Below are positions 14,400 through 25,349 of a stretch of 64,000 bases of DNA, in pieces. Position numbers and translations under genes: made by a program. The notes under the pieces are model-generated. The model was not told where the DNA came from and did no database searches. It was given only the letters and a program-made list of their open reading frames with translations. Within the stretch, counting starts at the first letter, position 1, and the number at the start of each line of letters is the position of its first letter. Source of the stretch: Nageia nagi (taxonomy: Eukaryota; Plantae; Pinophyta); NCBI GenBank assembly GCA_050084985.1, contig JBITNC010000001.1, forward strand, positions 186,496,001 to 186,560,000. Reading direction: 5' to 3'.

Positions 14400-16690
14400 T
14401 AAATATTCTAAAAGTTAAAATTTCTAAAAATCAAATATTCTATGAACTACCAAATATAAAAAATATGTACACTATGAAATATTAAATAATAATTATTAAA
14501 TATAAAAATATAATAATTAATTGTTTAACTATTAACTAAATTCTCATGTCACACATATAGTAGTACAATCTTTAAAATTATTTGGATTCCTATCTTTTTC
14601 CTAACATGTAATTTGATTTCCTCATTAAAAAATTGTAAATTACACTTCCCATTTCACTTTTTGATTATTAAGATCCTTTAAAGGAGGAGCTAAGTTGGTA
14701 GGATCAACCCTAAGATTTGTTGATCATATTTAATATATTCAGGAAGAGTTATCTCAATTTCCCTTTAATAAATGTAGAGTAGTTGAAATTGAGCATGGTC
14801 ACTACTAAACCTACATAATACCCTAAATAAATCATTCTCAAATTCAATTTTTTTTAAAATCAAATATCTAAAATACGTAACTAGTAGATATTAAATAATA
14901 ATCATTAAATATAATAATATAAAAAAGTAATAATTAATTACTTAGCTATTAACATCTTCATGTCATGCATAAAATAAATATACTAATAAAATAACTTATT
15001 ACAAATTAAGTTTTTGGAGGCTTTCTATCTCTTCCATAACTTGCAATTTGATTTCCTCATTTAAAATTTGTAAATTGCACCTCCTCGTTTAACTCAAAAA
15101 ATTTGATAAAATAATATATTGACATTAATAATTAAAATTTATTATATTATAAAATAAACTTGTTTTCATGTAATTTATAATTATATTATAAAAAAATATA
15201 AATATTTGATCTTTAAGTAAAATATTCTAAAATTTAAAAGAATTTAAAAGTCAAATATTATATAAACTACAAATATCTAAACTACATAAACTATATAGCT
15301 AGTAGATATTAAATAATAATCATTAAGTATTGGGTGAATTTGATACCCCTTGCCCCTTAGGTTAAAAGGATAATTTTCTCTAGAAATAAGATGATTCTAT
15401 AAAAATAAAAAATATAATAATTAATTACTAATTGATTAACCACATCCTCATGTCACCCATAAATAAATATAATAAAATCAAAAATATAATAATTAATTAC
15501 ATAGTTATTAACTACATCCTCATGTAACACAAAACAAATATTTTTATAAACTTTAGTATAATCTTTAAAATTATTTAACAATTCTTTTTAAAACTTTTAG
15601 AGGCTTCCTATCTCTTTCATAACCTACAATTTGATTTCCTCATTAAAAAATTGAAAATTTCCCTCCAATTCACTTTTTAATTATTAAGCTCCTTTAAAGA
15701 GTAAACCAATTCCAAAAACCCTCTGATTTGTGGATCATATTTAATATATTCTGCAAGAGTTATCTTATGTTGAGTTTAGCAAAACCCTAAATAAAGCATT
15801 TCTTCTAGTATCAAGGATCCTTCATTGACACTAAATATCAAAAATACTATATGAACTACCAAATATAAAAAATATCTATAGTATTAAATATTAAATCATA
15901 ATTATTAAATATAAAAATATAATAAGTGATTACTTAGCTACTGACTATATCTTTGTGTCACAACGTAAAAAAATCTCAATAAACTATAGTACAATCTTTA
16001 AAATCAATTTGCAATTCTTTTTAAAGTTATTAGAGGATTTGTATCTTCTTTTAACTTGCACTTTGATTTTGTCATTAAAAAGTTGTAAATTTCATCTCCT
16101 ATTTCACTTTTTGATTATTAAACTTCGTTAAAGGAGGAACCAAATTGGTAGAATCAACCCTAAGATTTATTGATCACATTTAATATATTCGCAAGAGTTA
16201 TCTCAAATCACCTTTAATGAATGTAGAATCATTGGAATAAAACATTTAAACATACACAAAACCCTAAATAAAACATTCTAAATTTAAAAAAAAAATAAAA
16301 TCAAATATTATATGAACTACCAAATATCTAACTAGAATAATAATCACTAAATATAATAATTAATTATTTAACTATTCACAACATCTTCATGTTACACATA
16401 AAACAAATATCCTGATAAATTGTAGCACAATCTTTAAAATTATTTTGAAATTCTTTTTAAAAAATTTACAGGTCTCCTATCTTTTTCCTAATTTACATTT
16501 TGATTTTCTCATTAAAAAATTGAAAATTACACCTCCCATTTTGCTTTTTAATTATTAAACTAATTTAAAGAGAGAACCAATTCCAAATCAACCAACCATC
16601 TCAGGTCGACCTTAATGAATGTTGAGTTATTGGGAATAGAGCATGGCAGTTACTAAACCTAGACAAAACCCTAACCAATCATTGCTTCCG
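14400..16690 (+). repeat. Tandem array of ~5 diverged ~435-bp promoter-module repeats upstream of copy A
   Basis: Anchor tttgatttcctcattaaaaaattg at ~14612, 15047, 15630, 16062 and 16498 (spacings ~435, 583, 432, 436). Confidence 0.8.
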
Positions 16691-16714
16691 ATAGCAAGGA
16701 TCCTTCATCCACAT

Positions 16715-16730
16715 TATATATATATATATC
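16715..16730 (+). promoter_or_regulatory. TATA-like (TA)n box of copy A
   Basis: tatatatatatatatc about 115-130 bp upstream of the ATG. Present at the same position in copies B and D. Confidence 0.55.
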
Positions 16731-16843
16731 CCCTCAGCCATTGGTATGAGCATAGATGCCTGTAGTAAGTGTCCAGGTATTGGTATTTTTATTTTGTAGC
16801 AATTGTTGGTGAAGGAAGACGTTGATCTCTGATCTTTAGAAAT

Positions 16844-17347
16844 ATGGCGTCTTAGCATAAACTTTTTACGACCTTGTATTTGCTGATGGTGAGTTTGGGA
16901 GTTTATGCCGATGGAGCCTCTGCCTCTGCATGCCATTTGGGAGACATCAAAGCCAAGTTATTTGGCGTGAACGGCAGTCAAGACTATTATTCGATACAAG
17001 TGAACAATGACTGCAAATACTGTGATGTGAAGGATGTTAGACTGAAGGTGGCTCTGCGCTCTGAAAGTGGACATCGGACTTCAAGGGTCATTCGTGTAGA
17101 CCATGGTAAACCCATTTCCAAAGCAGGAGGGGAGATGACATTCGATCATTACGACCCATTCCCTCGCTACACACTCCATACTCCTTTTCTTCCAGTCTCT
17201 GCCGATTTTGTAAATTGTCACCCACGAAAACTGTTGTCATCATCATCATCATCAAAGGACAGATCTGTCAATGCAACTCTTTTGAGACTCAATAAAATAA
17301 ATAAAAGATATCGTGAATGTCTGCAAGTTATCTTTACATTTCAATAA
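16844..17347 (+). pseudogene. Disabled TPD1-like copy A (stop at codon 4; C-terminal deletion with read-through)
   Basis: ATG GCG TCT TAG at 16844-16855, where copy B has ATG GCG TCG GAG. Next in-frame ATG at 16886 loses half the signal peptide. After the poly-Ser tract, SCSCPPVAA* is deleted and the frame runs into the 3'UTR to 17347. Confidence 0.8.
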
Positions 17348-19339
17348 ATGCAAGTATTTTGTTTACAATCTCATGCTTTTATATTTAGCAGACTAAATTT
17401 ACTAAGCGTGGAATGTTGCTGAGGTATTTGAACTGAAGAGTATGTTTCTCACTAATTCTTGTACATTCTTAAAACTTATGAAGAGAGTTTGAATTTGGAG
17501 AAGCAATTTTTTTTACGAATGTAAAGATTGTTTTTAGGACATATATCACATGTTTTTATGTATATATCCCAGTCAGGGAATCCCACACCATGAATGTTAT
17601 ATTAAATGTGTATGTATAGTTTTCCTTTGTTTTTCTCTTTCAGCTATAAAGATTTGCTCTCAGGCATTCCTCACTGAAATATTATGGTCTCTCTCTCACA
17701 TTGTTGTTTCTATGTTATTTTGTATCTCTTAAGTTTCACCTAAATTTTTTCGTTTCTTCCTCAATATGTTATATTATGCAAAAAAATATATATGGGATAT
17801 ATTTTCTATTAATATTGAATTTTGTAACGAAAACTGCAATTTATGTTCATTTTCTTAAGTATTTATAGTATACTTGGTTTTTAATCTGATTTCTTGTATA
17901 AATAATAAATAATGAAGATTCACATAGTGTCCCATGTTCAAATCCTACTAAGAGTGATACAATGTTAATAAAATTTATTTCTTTCTTCTTTCATTCTTAG
18001 TATCAATATACAAGATTGAAATATTTCAATACAATGTTATATTTTTTAAAGAGTGTGTATATATATATATATACTTATTTATTTATTTATTTATGAACTA
18101 TAATTCCTTACAATATTTTTGGATATTTATTCCCTAGGTACAATGATGATTTGTAGTTATTTAATATTTAAGATCATATTTTTCTTCCATATATTTTAAA
18201 GTATATTATGGTTAAAAAATATTGGTGACATATATAAGATAAAAATATTATGTATTTATTTTCTTGTTTTAGATCTACCCTTCTTCTTCATATATAGCCT
18301 ATAAATTATAATAAACATTTAACTTTATGATGAGTTCTCGTATTATTTTAAGGTGATGTGCACAAATAGAGAAGGTTAGGTATGTAGATTTTCACTACAC
18401 TACTAAACCATTTAATTACATTCAACTAGATACAATAGAAGTATAAAATAATCTTTCTATATTTAGTTATGTTAAATGGGAAGATAATACATTTGTAAAG
18501 TAATAATGAGTTACACTAGATGATAAAATGGTATGTATTTTTAATGATGATAATTTGTAATATATCATCCACTACTTTTTATAACGTATTAAATATATAC
18601 TAACAAATATATAATAAGTATTCTACAATTTATTAAGAACTAATCTAGATGTTAGATAGATTTTTTTAAAATATAAAATATGTATTATTACTAAGTGTGT
18701 ATAGAAATAGTTTAAGATATATTATTCAAGCCTAAGGATTTGATATGAAATATGAACAACTCATATCCATGCTCTTGACATTGTAAATATGAATTATAAG
18801 GCATGAACTTAATATGGTGCTACTATTGATCTTATCAAAGAAATAGTTTATCAAATTTTATTCCAAGTTAATATGCATTTCATTTAACTGGATTATACTA
18901 TTGAGTCCCATTGACCTATTTTTCGGTCACTCTCACACATTAAAATATATTTCTATTTATATTTTCTAGAATGGGCCAAATATTTTTTTTATAATGCACA
19001 TTAAAACCATATTATATTTTTTTCAACTTGATTACTATTAAATTTTAGAACTAAGTAAAATATCATAAGATCTAATATTTGTAAATATTATAACAAAAGT
19101 AATATTTTGCTAGCTTAATAGTAATATTTTCTCATTTATGATATCATTTAGGTGAGATCTTCAATATGGTTACATGCACATTAAAAAAGAGCTTCATTCA
19201 AAAATTGTATTATTCATTAGAATATCAATATGTGAATGAGATACCAACAACTAGGATTGAAGTAGGGTTCTTAAAACAATATCCTAGGTGAACATCTCAA
19301 GATTATCTAGAGCTAATCTATAGGGAGGTATTTAGATAT

Positions 19340-19626
19340 GGTGAAGGCTATATAGAGTCCAAAGTAGGACTATTTTACTAACAAAATCCACCTATGTATT
19401 GCTAGTAAAACCCATCCATGGATTGTCATTTAAATAAAACCCATTTATGTATTGCTATTAAGATGGTATAGTGGTTAAACATTGGAATTTGAATCCAATT
19501 ACTTAAGTTTCAATCTTGATGAACCTTTTGAACAAAAAAAATTGACACTTAGAATTTTTTGAGACAAAATGTTGGTGGGTTTTGCTAGCAAAATAGTGCT
19601 ACTTTGGACCCCATATAGCCTTCACC
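19340..19626. mobile_element. ~290-bp element with ~53-bp terminal inverted repeats (MITE/foldback-like)
   Basis: ggtgaaggctatatagagtccaaagtaggactattttactaacaaaatccacc pairs with ggtgggttttgctagcaaaatagtgctactttggaccccatatagccttcacc. gatat at 19335-39 and 19635-39. Absent in the B arm (~22585). Further TIR pieces at 20006-20053 and 20070-20130. Confidence 0.7.
19457..19526 (+). pseudogene. Decayed tRNA-Gln(UUG)-derived sequence
   Basis: atggtatagtggttaaacattggaatttgaatccaattacttaagtttcaatcttgatgaacct+tttt is collinear with the plant tRNA-Gln consensus (recalled from memory). Anticodon stem attgga/tccaat, loop AT-TTG-AA. A-box-like tggtatagtgg present; B box and acceptor stem decayed. Confidence 0.65.
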
Positions 19627-20069
19627 TTAAGGGTGATATTGTTTATATGATGCTTCCATAAGAGTATGATTTTAAAGCTTTAGAGGAGATATGTAATTTT
19701 TTGGGTGGGAATTGTATTTTCCCTAGTCCTTTTTTGTAATATTTTTCTATTGTTAGAAATCCTTAAGTGGAGAAAGGTATGCATTGAGAGGGTTCTCTCC
19801 TCTTGCCCTTTTAGGGGGAAGGGTCCTTTAGGGTTTTGTTTTCTATTTTTTGCTAGGATATTTTTTTGTATACCTCTTGTGAGAAGTAAGTTTTATTTTC
19901 AAAAAATACTATATTTCAAATTTTGGGGTTCCTTTTTATTTAATCATGGTATTCTCTTATCCTTTAAAGTCTCACTATTGAACTATGTGAGGTACAAACT
20001 AGATCATTTTGCTAGCAAAACCCATAAGCATTTTATCTCAAAAAATTTTAAGTATAAAAATTGTTTTGA

Positions 20070-22303
20070 GAACAATACATTGGTGGGTTTTACTAGCAAA
20101 ATAGTGCTACATTGGACCCCACATAGCCTTAGAGATTATCTATAGAGAGTCTGAGATGATCTCTAGAGAATCTTAAGATGATAATCCAAGATATTCTTGG
20201 ATAATTCTTCCATAATTGGCTAGGGTTTTAAGAAGCCTCTTTCAATCCTATCAATTGTTATCTCATTCAGATATTGAGATTCTAATGAATAATAAAAATT
20301 TGAATGAAACTTTTTTTAATGTGCATGTAACCAATCATTTTATAAACCATCCTATCAAATTCTTTTCTATAGTTCTCACCTAAATGAACATCCATATTGA
20401 AGATCTCACCTAAATGATAACATAAGTGAGAAAATTTTACTATTAAGTGAGAAAATATTACTTATGCTATCATATTTACGAATATTAGATCTTATGATTT
20501 TTTCATTAGTTCTAAAATTTAATAGTAATCAAGTTGAAAATAATATATTATGGTTTTAATCCTCATTACAATAATAATATTGTGGCTTATTCTAGAGCAC
20601 CATTTAACTTGGAATAAAATTTATTAAAATTATTTCTTTGATAAGATCAATAGTACATAATATTAATTCCATGCCTTCATAATATATATTTCCTATATCA
20701 AGATCATATGTATGGATTTGTTCATAATTCTATATCAAATACTTAGGTTTGAATGATAAATAAGTTTTAGAATACTTATTATATATTTCTTAGTATATAT
20801 TCAATACTTTATAAAAATTATTAGATGATGTACGACAAATTATCATCATTACAAAATACATATTATTTTATCATCTAGTGTAACTCATGTATTACCTTCC
20901 CATTTAACAAAACTAAATTTAGAAAATTTATTTTATACTTTTATTGTACATCTACATGGTTGTAATCAAATGGTTTAGTAGAATAGTGAAATCTACATAC
21001 CTAACTTTTTTATTTGTACATATCACTTTAACTAATATGAAAACCTAAAGTCATAAAGTTAATTATATATTATAAGTTATAGGCTATATATCAAGAAGAA
21101 AGGATTGGTTTAAATTAAGAAAATAAATAAATAAATTAAGTATTGGTTGAATATAGTTAATGTTTTTATCTTATTGATTTCACCAATATTTTTAACCATA
21201 ATATACCTCTAAAATTGATGGAAGAAAAATATGATCTTAAACATTAAATAACTATAAATCATCATTGTAACTTTGTGTAGATTTGTATATTTATATGGAA
21301 TAAATATGTAAAAATACTATAAAGAATTAAGTAGTTCATAAATATATATCTCATACAGTTTTAAAAGACATATATATCACTCTTTAAAAAATATACACCT
21401 AATTTCAAATATTTTATTCTTGTATATTGATATTAAGTGCAAGGGAATGAATTTTTAATTTTTATTATTTGTACAAGAAATAAGAGATTCATCGATTCCT
21501 CAAAACTGTTTAGGAAGGGTTGAAATGTTTAAATGAATCTTATTAATAAATAAATAATTTAATCAAAATAATATATAAAGAAACAAGTATAAGAGAGAAT
21601 ACTTAATAAAATGAACATAGAAGTGCAATTCTCTTTACATCCATCACCCAAAAGAAAAAATCAACATTAATAATAAACATATTCAACATATATTTTTCTT
21701 ATGTATAATTTAAATGTTGAAGAAAAATATAAAAAATTTAGGTAAAACCTAAGAGATACAAATAATAACATTACAAACAACAATGTTAGAGAGACCATAA
21801 TATTTAAAAAGGAATGCCCTAAGAGAAAAATTTTATTGTTCAAATGGAAAATAACAAAACAAAACTATACATACACATTTTATGTAACATTCATGCTGTG
21901 GGAGTCCCTGAATGGGATATATGACGGAAGAACAATCTTTACATTCGTAAAACGGCTGATAATGGACAGAAGTTCGATTCCCAAAAAATTGCTTCTCCAA
22001 ATTCAATACTCTCTTCATCTTATAAGGAGTTTTAGGATTTTACAAGAATTAGTGAAAACTACACTCTTCGGTTCGAATATTCCAGCAACATTCAACGCGC
22101 AGCGAACGAATTTTGTTAAATATGAAGCATGAGAGTCGAGACTACTAACAAAATACTTGCATTAAGGAAAAGTAAATATAAGTTGCAGACATTCACAATA
22201 TCTTTTATTTATTTTATTAAGAATCAAAAGAGTTACATTAATAGATCTTTCCTTTTGCAAGCATAGGAGTTAAACAGCTATAGGGAATAAGAATAGAAGA
22301 GGA
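20070..22303 (-). pseudogene. Copy C: last ~10 codons, stop, 3'UTR and 3' flank of a third TPD1-like copy
   Basis: ccttttgcaagcataggagttaaacagctatagggaataagaatagaagaggag (22251-22304) matches 24754-24815. The block is a direct repeat of 22590-24815 and an inverted repeat of 17260-19400. Confidence 0.8.
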
Positions 22304-24772
22304 GAGAACCCTCAAAATTTAAAATATAATAGTTTTTTAAAATAAAACCTACCTCTTACTAGAGTATCTAAAAAAATATCATAAATAAATTTTAAAAAAA
22401 AAGTAAGGAACCTTTCCCCATAAAGGATTAAGAGGAGAGAACCCTCTCAATACATACCTTTATCCATTTAATGATTTCTAACAATAGAACAATACTAGGG
22501 AAAATACAATTCCTAACCAAAAAATACATATCTCCTTCAAATATTAAAAATCCCCCTCTTATGGAAGGGTCATGAAAAAGATATCGAAATAGCTTCCTAG
22601 AGATGAACTCTAGATAATCTCAAGATGATGTCTAGAGAATCTTTAGATGTTCATCCAAATATTCTTGGATAGTTCTTCTCGCAATTCCTAGGGTCTTAAG
22701 AACCCTTGTTCAGTTAGCCATTTTTATCTCATTCACGTATTGAGATTCGTATGAGTAATATAGTTTTTGAATGAAGCCCTTTTTAAATGTGCATGTAACC
22801 AAGCATTTTATAAAGCATTCTATAAAAGTCTTTTCTACAGTTCTCACCTAAATGAACCTCCACATTGAAGATCTCACCTAAATGATAAAATAAATCAAAA
22901 TATTACTAGTAAGTGAGAAAAAGATTACTTACATTATCATATTTACAAAAAATAGATTTTATAATCTTTTAATTAGTTATAAAATTTAATAGAAATCAAA
23001 TTGAATATAATATAATATGCTTTTAATCTTCATTATGAAATTAATACAGTGGCTAGTGCACTTATTTAACTTAAACTAAAATTTGATAAAATCAATAGTA
23101 ACACATATTAAGTTCATGCCTTCATAATTCATATTTCCAATATCAAGAGCATATGTATAGATTTGTTCATATTTCTATATCAAATCCTTAGGTTTGAACT
23201 ATACCTCCTAAAATATTTCTATACACACTTAGCTATAATACATATTTTATATTTTTTTAAAATATTTCAAATTTGGATTAGTTATCAATAAGTTGTAGAA
23301 TACTTATTATATATTTGTTAGTATATATTTAATACTTTATAAAACTTAATAGATGATGTATTACAAATTATCATCATTAAAAAAATATATACCATTTTAT
23401 TATCTAGTGTGACTCATGTAATACTTTATAAATGTATTACCTTTCCATTTAACATAACTAATTTAAAATTTATTTTTATACTTTTATTGTATATATATGG
23501 GTGTAATCAAATGGTTTAGTAGAGTAGTGAAAACCTACATACCTAACCTTTTATGTTTGTACACATCACTTAAATTAATCTAAGAACCCAAAGTCATAAA
23601 GTTAAATCTTTATTGTAAGTTACAAGGCTATATATCAAGAAGAAATGATAGGTCTAAAATAAGAAATAAGTAAATAAATTAAATATTTGTTGAATATAGT
23701 AAATATTTTTTCTTATTTATTTCACCAATATTTTTTAACCATAATATACCTTTAAAATTGATGGAAGAAAATGTGATTTTAAATATTAAATAACTAAAAT
23801 CATCATTGTAACTTTGTGTAGATTTTTATATTTATGAGGGAATAAATATCCAAAAAATATTGTAAAGAATATAGTTCATAAATATATCTTTTATATAATT
23901 TTAGAAGGTATATATGTCACTCTTTAGAAAATATAACACAATTTGAAATATTTTAATATTCTATATTGATATTAAAAATGAAAGAATGAATCTTCAATAT
24001 TTATTATTTATACAAAAAAATCAGATATTCATAAATTCTCCACATGTATCAAAAAGGATTGAAAAATGTGAATGAATCTTGTTAATAAATGAATAATTTA
24101 ATAAAAATAATAAAATGAATATATAGAGAAACAAGTATAAGAGGAATGCTTAAGAAAATGAACATAAAACTGCAATTCTCTTTACATCCATCATCAAAAA
24201 AAATATCAATATTAATATAAAACATATGCAATATATATTTTTCATGTTTGAAAAATCAATATTATATAAAACATATCCAATATATATTTTTCATGTTAAA
24301 GAATGGAGGAAAATTTTAGGTGAAACCTAAGAGGTACAAAATAACAATAGAAATAACAATGTTACAGAGAAATCATAATAATTGAGTGAGGAATCCGTGA
24401 GAGCAATTTTTTATTGCTCAAATCGTAAAAAAATATCAATACTATACATACATAGTTCATATAACATTGGGATTCCCTGACTGGTATATATGACGGAATA
24501 ACACTCTTTACATTCGTAAAACCGTCCAAATTCAGTATTCTCTTCGATTACAAGATTTAGTGAAAAACATACTCTTCGGTTAAAATATCCTAGCACCATT
24601 CAACACTTAGCAAATTTAGTGTGCTAAATATAAAAGCATGAGATTGTAAAAAAAATACTTGATTCATTGAAATGTAAAGATAAGTTGCAGACATTCACGA
24701 ATATCTTTTATTTATTTTATTGGGTCAAAAAAGAGTTGCATTGACAGATCTGTCCTTTTGCAAGCATACGAG

Positions 24773-25216
24773 TTAAGCAGCGACAGGGGGACAAGAACAG
24801 GAAGAAGAAGAGGAGGAGGATGACAACAGTTTTCGTGGTTGACAATTTACAAAATCGGCAGAGACTGGAAGAAAAGGAGTATGGAGTGTGTAGCGAGGGA
24901 ATGGCTCGTAATGATCGAATGTCACCTCCCCTCCTGCTTTGGAAATGGGTTTACCATGGTCTACACGAATGACCCTTGAAGTCCAATGTCCACTTTCAGA
25001 GCGCAGAGCCACCTTCAGTCTAACATCCTTCACATCACAGTATTTGCAGTCATTGTTCACTTGTATTGAATAATAGTCTTGACTGCCGCTCACGCTAAAT
25101 AACTTGGCTTTGATGTCTCCCAAATGACATGCAGAGGCAGAGGCTCCATCGGCATAAACTCCCAAACTCACCATCAGCAAACACAAGATCGTAAAAAGCT
25201 TATGCTCCGACGCCAT
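24773..25216 (-). CDS. Divergent TPD1 (TAPETUM DETERMINANT 1)-family secreted cysteine-rich protein, 147 aa, single exon (copy B)
   Basis: ATG at 25216 (the ORF-track start at 25249 is TTG). Signal peptide MASEHKLFTILCLLMVSLGVYADGASASA. Motifs C..GDI, YSIQVNNDC..CDVKDVRL, VDHGKPI...GGEVTF and PVSADF..C fit the TPD1 consensus. CpG-retaining and GC-rich relative to flanks; TATA upstream, AATAAA downstream. Confidence 0.8.
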   Translation of the reverse strand: MASEHKLFTILCLLMVSLGVYADGASASACHLGDIKAKLFSVSGSQDYYSIQVNNDCKYCDVKDVRLKVALRSESGHWTSRVIRVDHGKPISKAGGEVTFDHYEPFPRYTLHTPFLPVSADFVNCQPRKLLSSSSSSSSCSCPPVAA

Positions 25217-25323
25217 GCTTAAGAGATCAACGTCTTCCTTCACCAACAATTGCTACAAAATAAAAATACCAATATCCTGGACACTTACTACAGGCATCTA
25301 TGCTCATACCAATGGCTGAGGGG

Positions 25324-25338
25324 ATATATATATATAAT
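25324..25338 (-). promoter_or_regulatory. TATA-like (TA)n box of copy B
   Basis: About 110-120 bp upstream of ATG 25216; mirror of 16715-16730. Confidence 0.55.
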
Positions 25339-25349
25339 GTGGATGAAGG

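Larger units (their letters stand above)
5850..19930 (+). repeat. Left arm of large inverted duplication (mirrors 22305-30365), with later insertions
   Basis: Collinear reverse-complement anchors: 5850-5980/30230-30365, 8100-8200/28140-28245, 9300-10060/27350-28120, 14125-16700/25350-27230, 16700-19330/22590-25350, 19635-19930/22305-22585. Confidence 0.9.

Noticed and set aside
14400-16690. CRISPR-like reading of the recurring motifs
   Set aside because: Eukaryotic context; the sequences between motifs are homologous to each other, not unique spacers.
16679-16936. 85-aa minus-strand ORF overlapping copy A
   Set aside because: Antisense shadow running through the TATA tract; no recognisable motif.
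17580-17620. snRNA USE-like ATCCCACACCA
   Set aside because: Imperfect, not conserved in the B and C copies, wrong TATA spacing and no snRNA body.
17550-17732. Similar small ORFs (QGIPHHECY) here and at 21833-22018 and 24411-24599
   Set aside because: Similarity comes from the duplication. Starts, frames and ends differ between copies, so this is 3' flank.
17915-17960. B-box-like gttcaaatcc
   Set aside because: No A box or cloverleaf around it.
19705-20145. 146-aa ORF at the inversion centre
   Set aside because: GTG start, spans a rearrangement junction and TIR pieces, F/L/K-biased composition.
25217-25249. Upstream start of the 158-aa ORF call
   Set aside because: It is a TTG. The ATG at 25216 places the signal peptide at the N-terminus, and copy A has an indel in this stretch.
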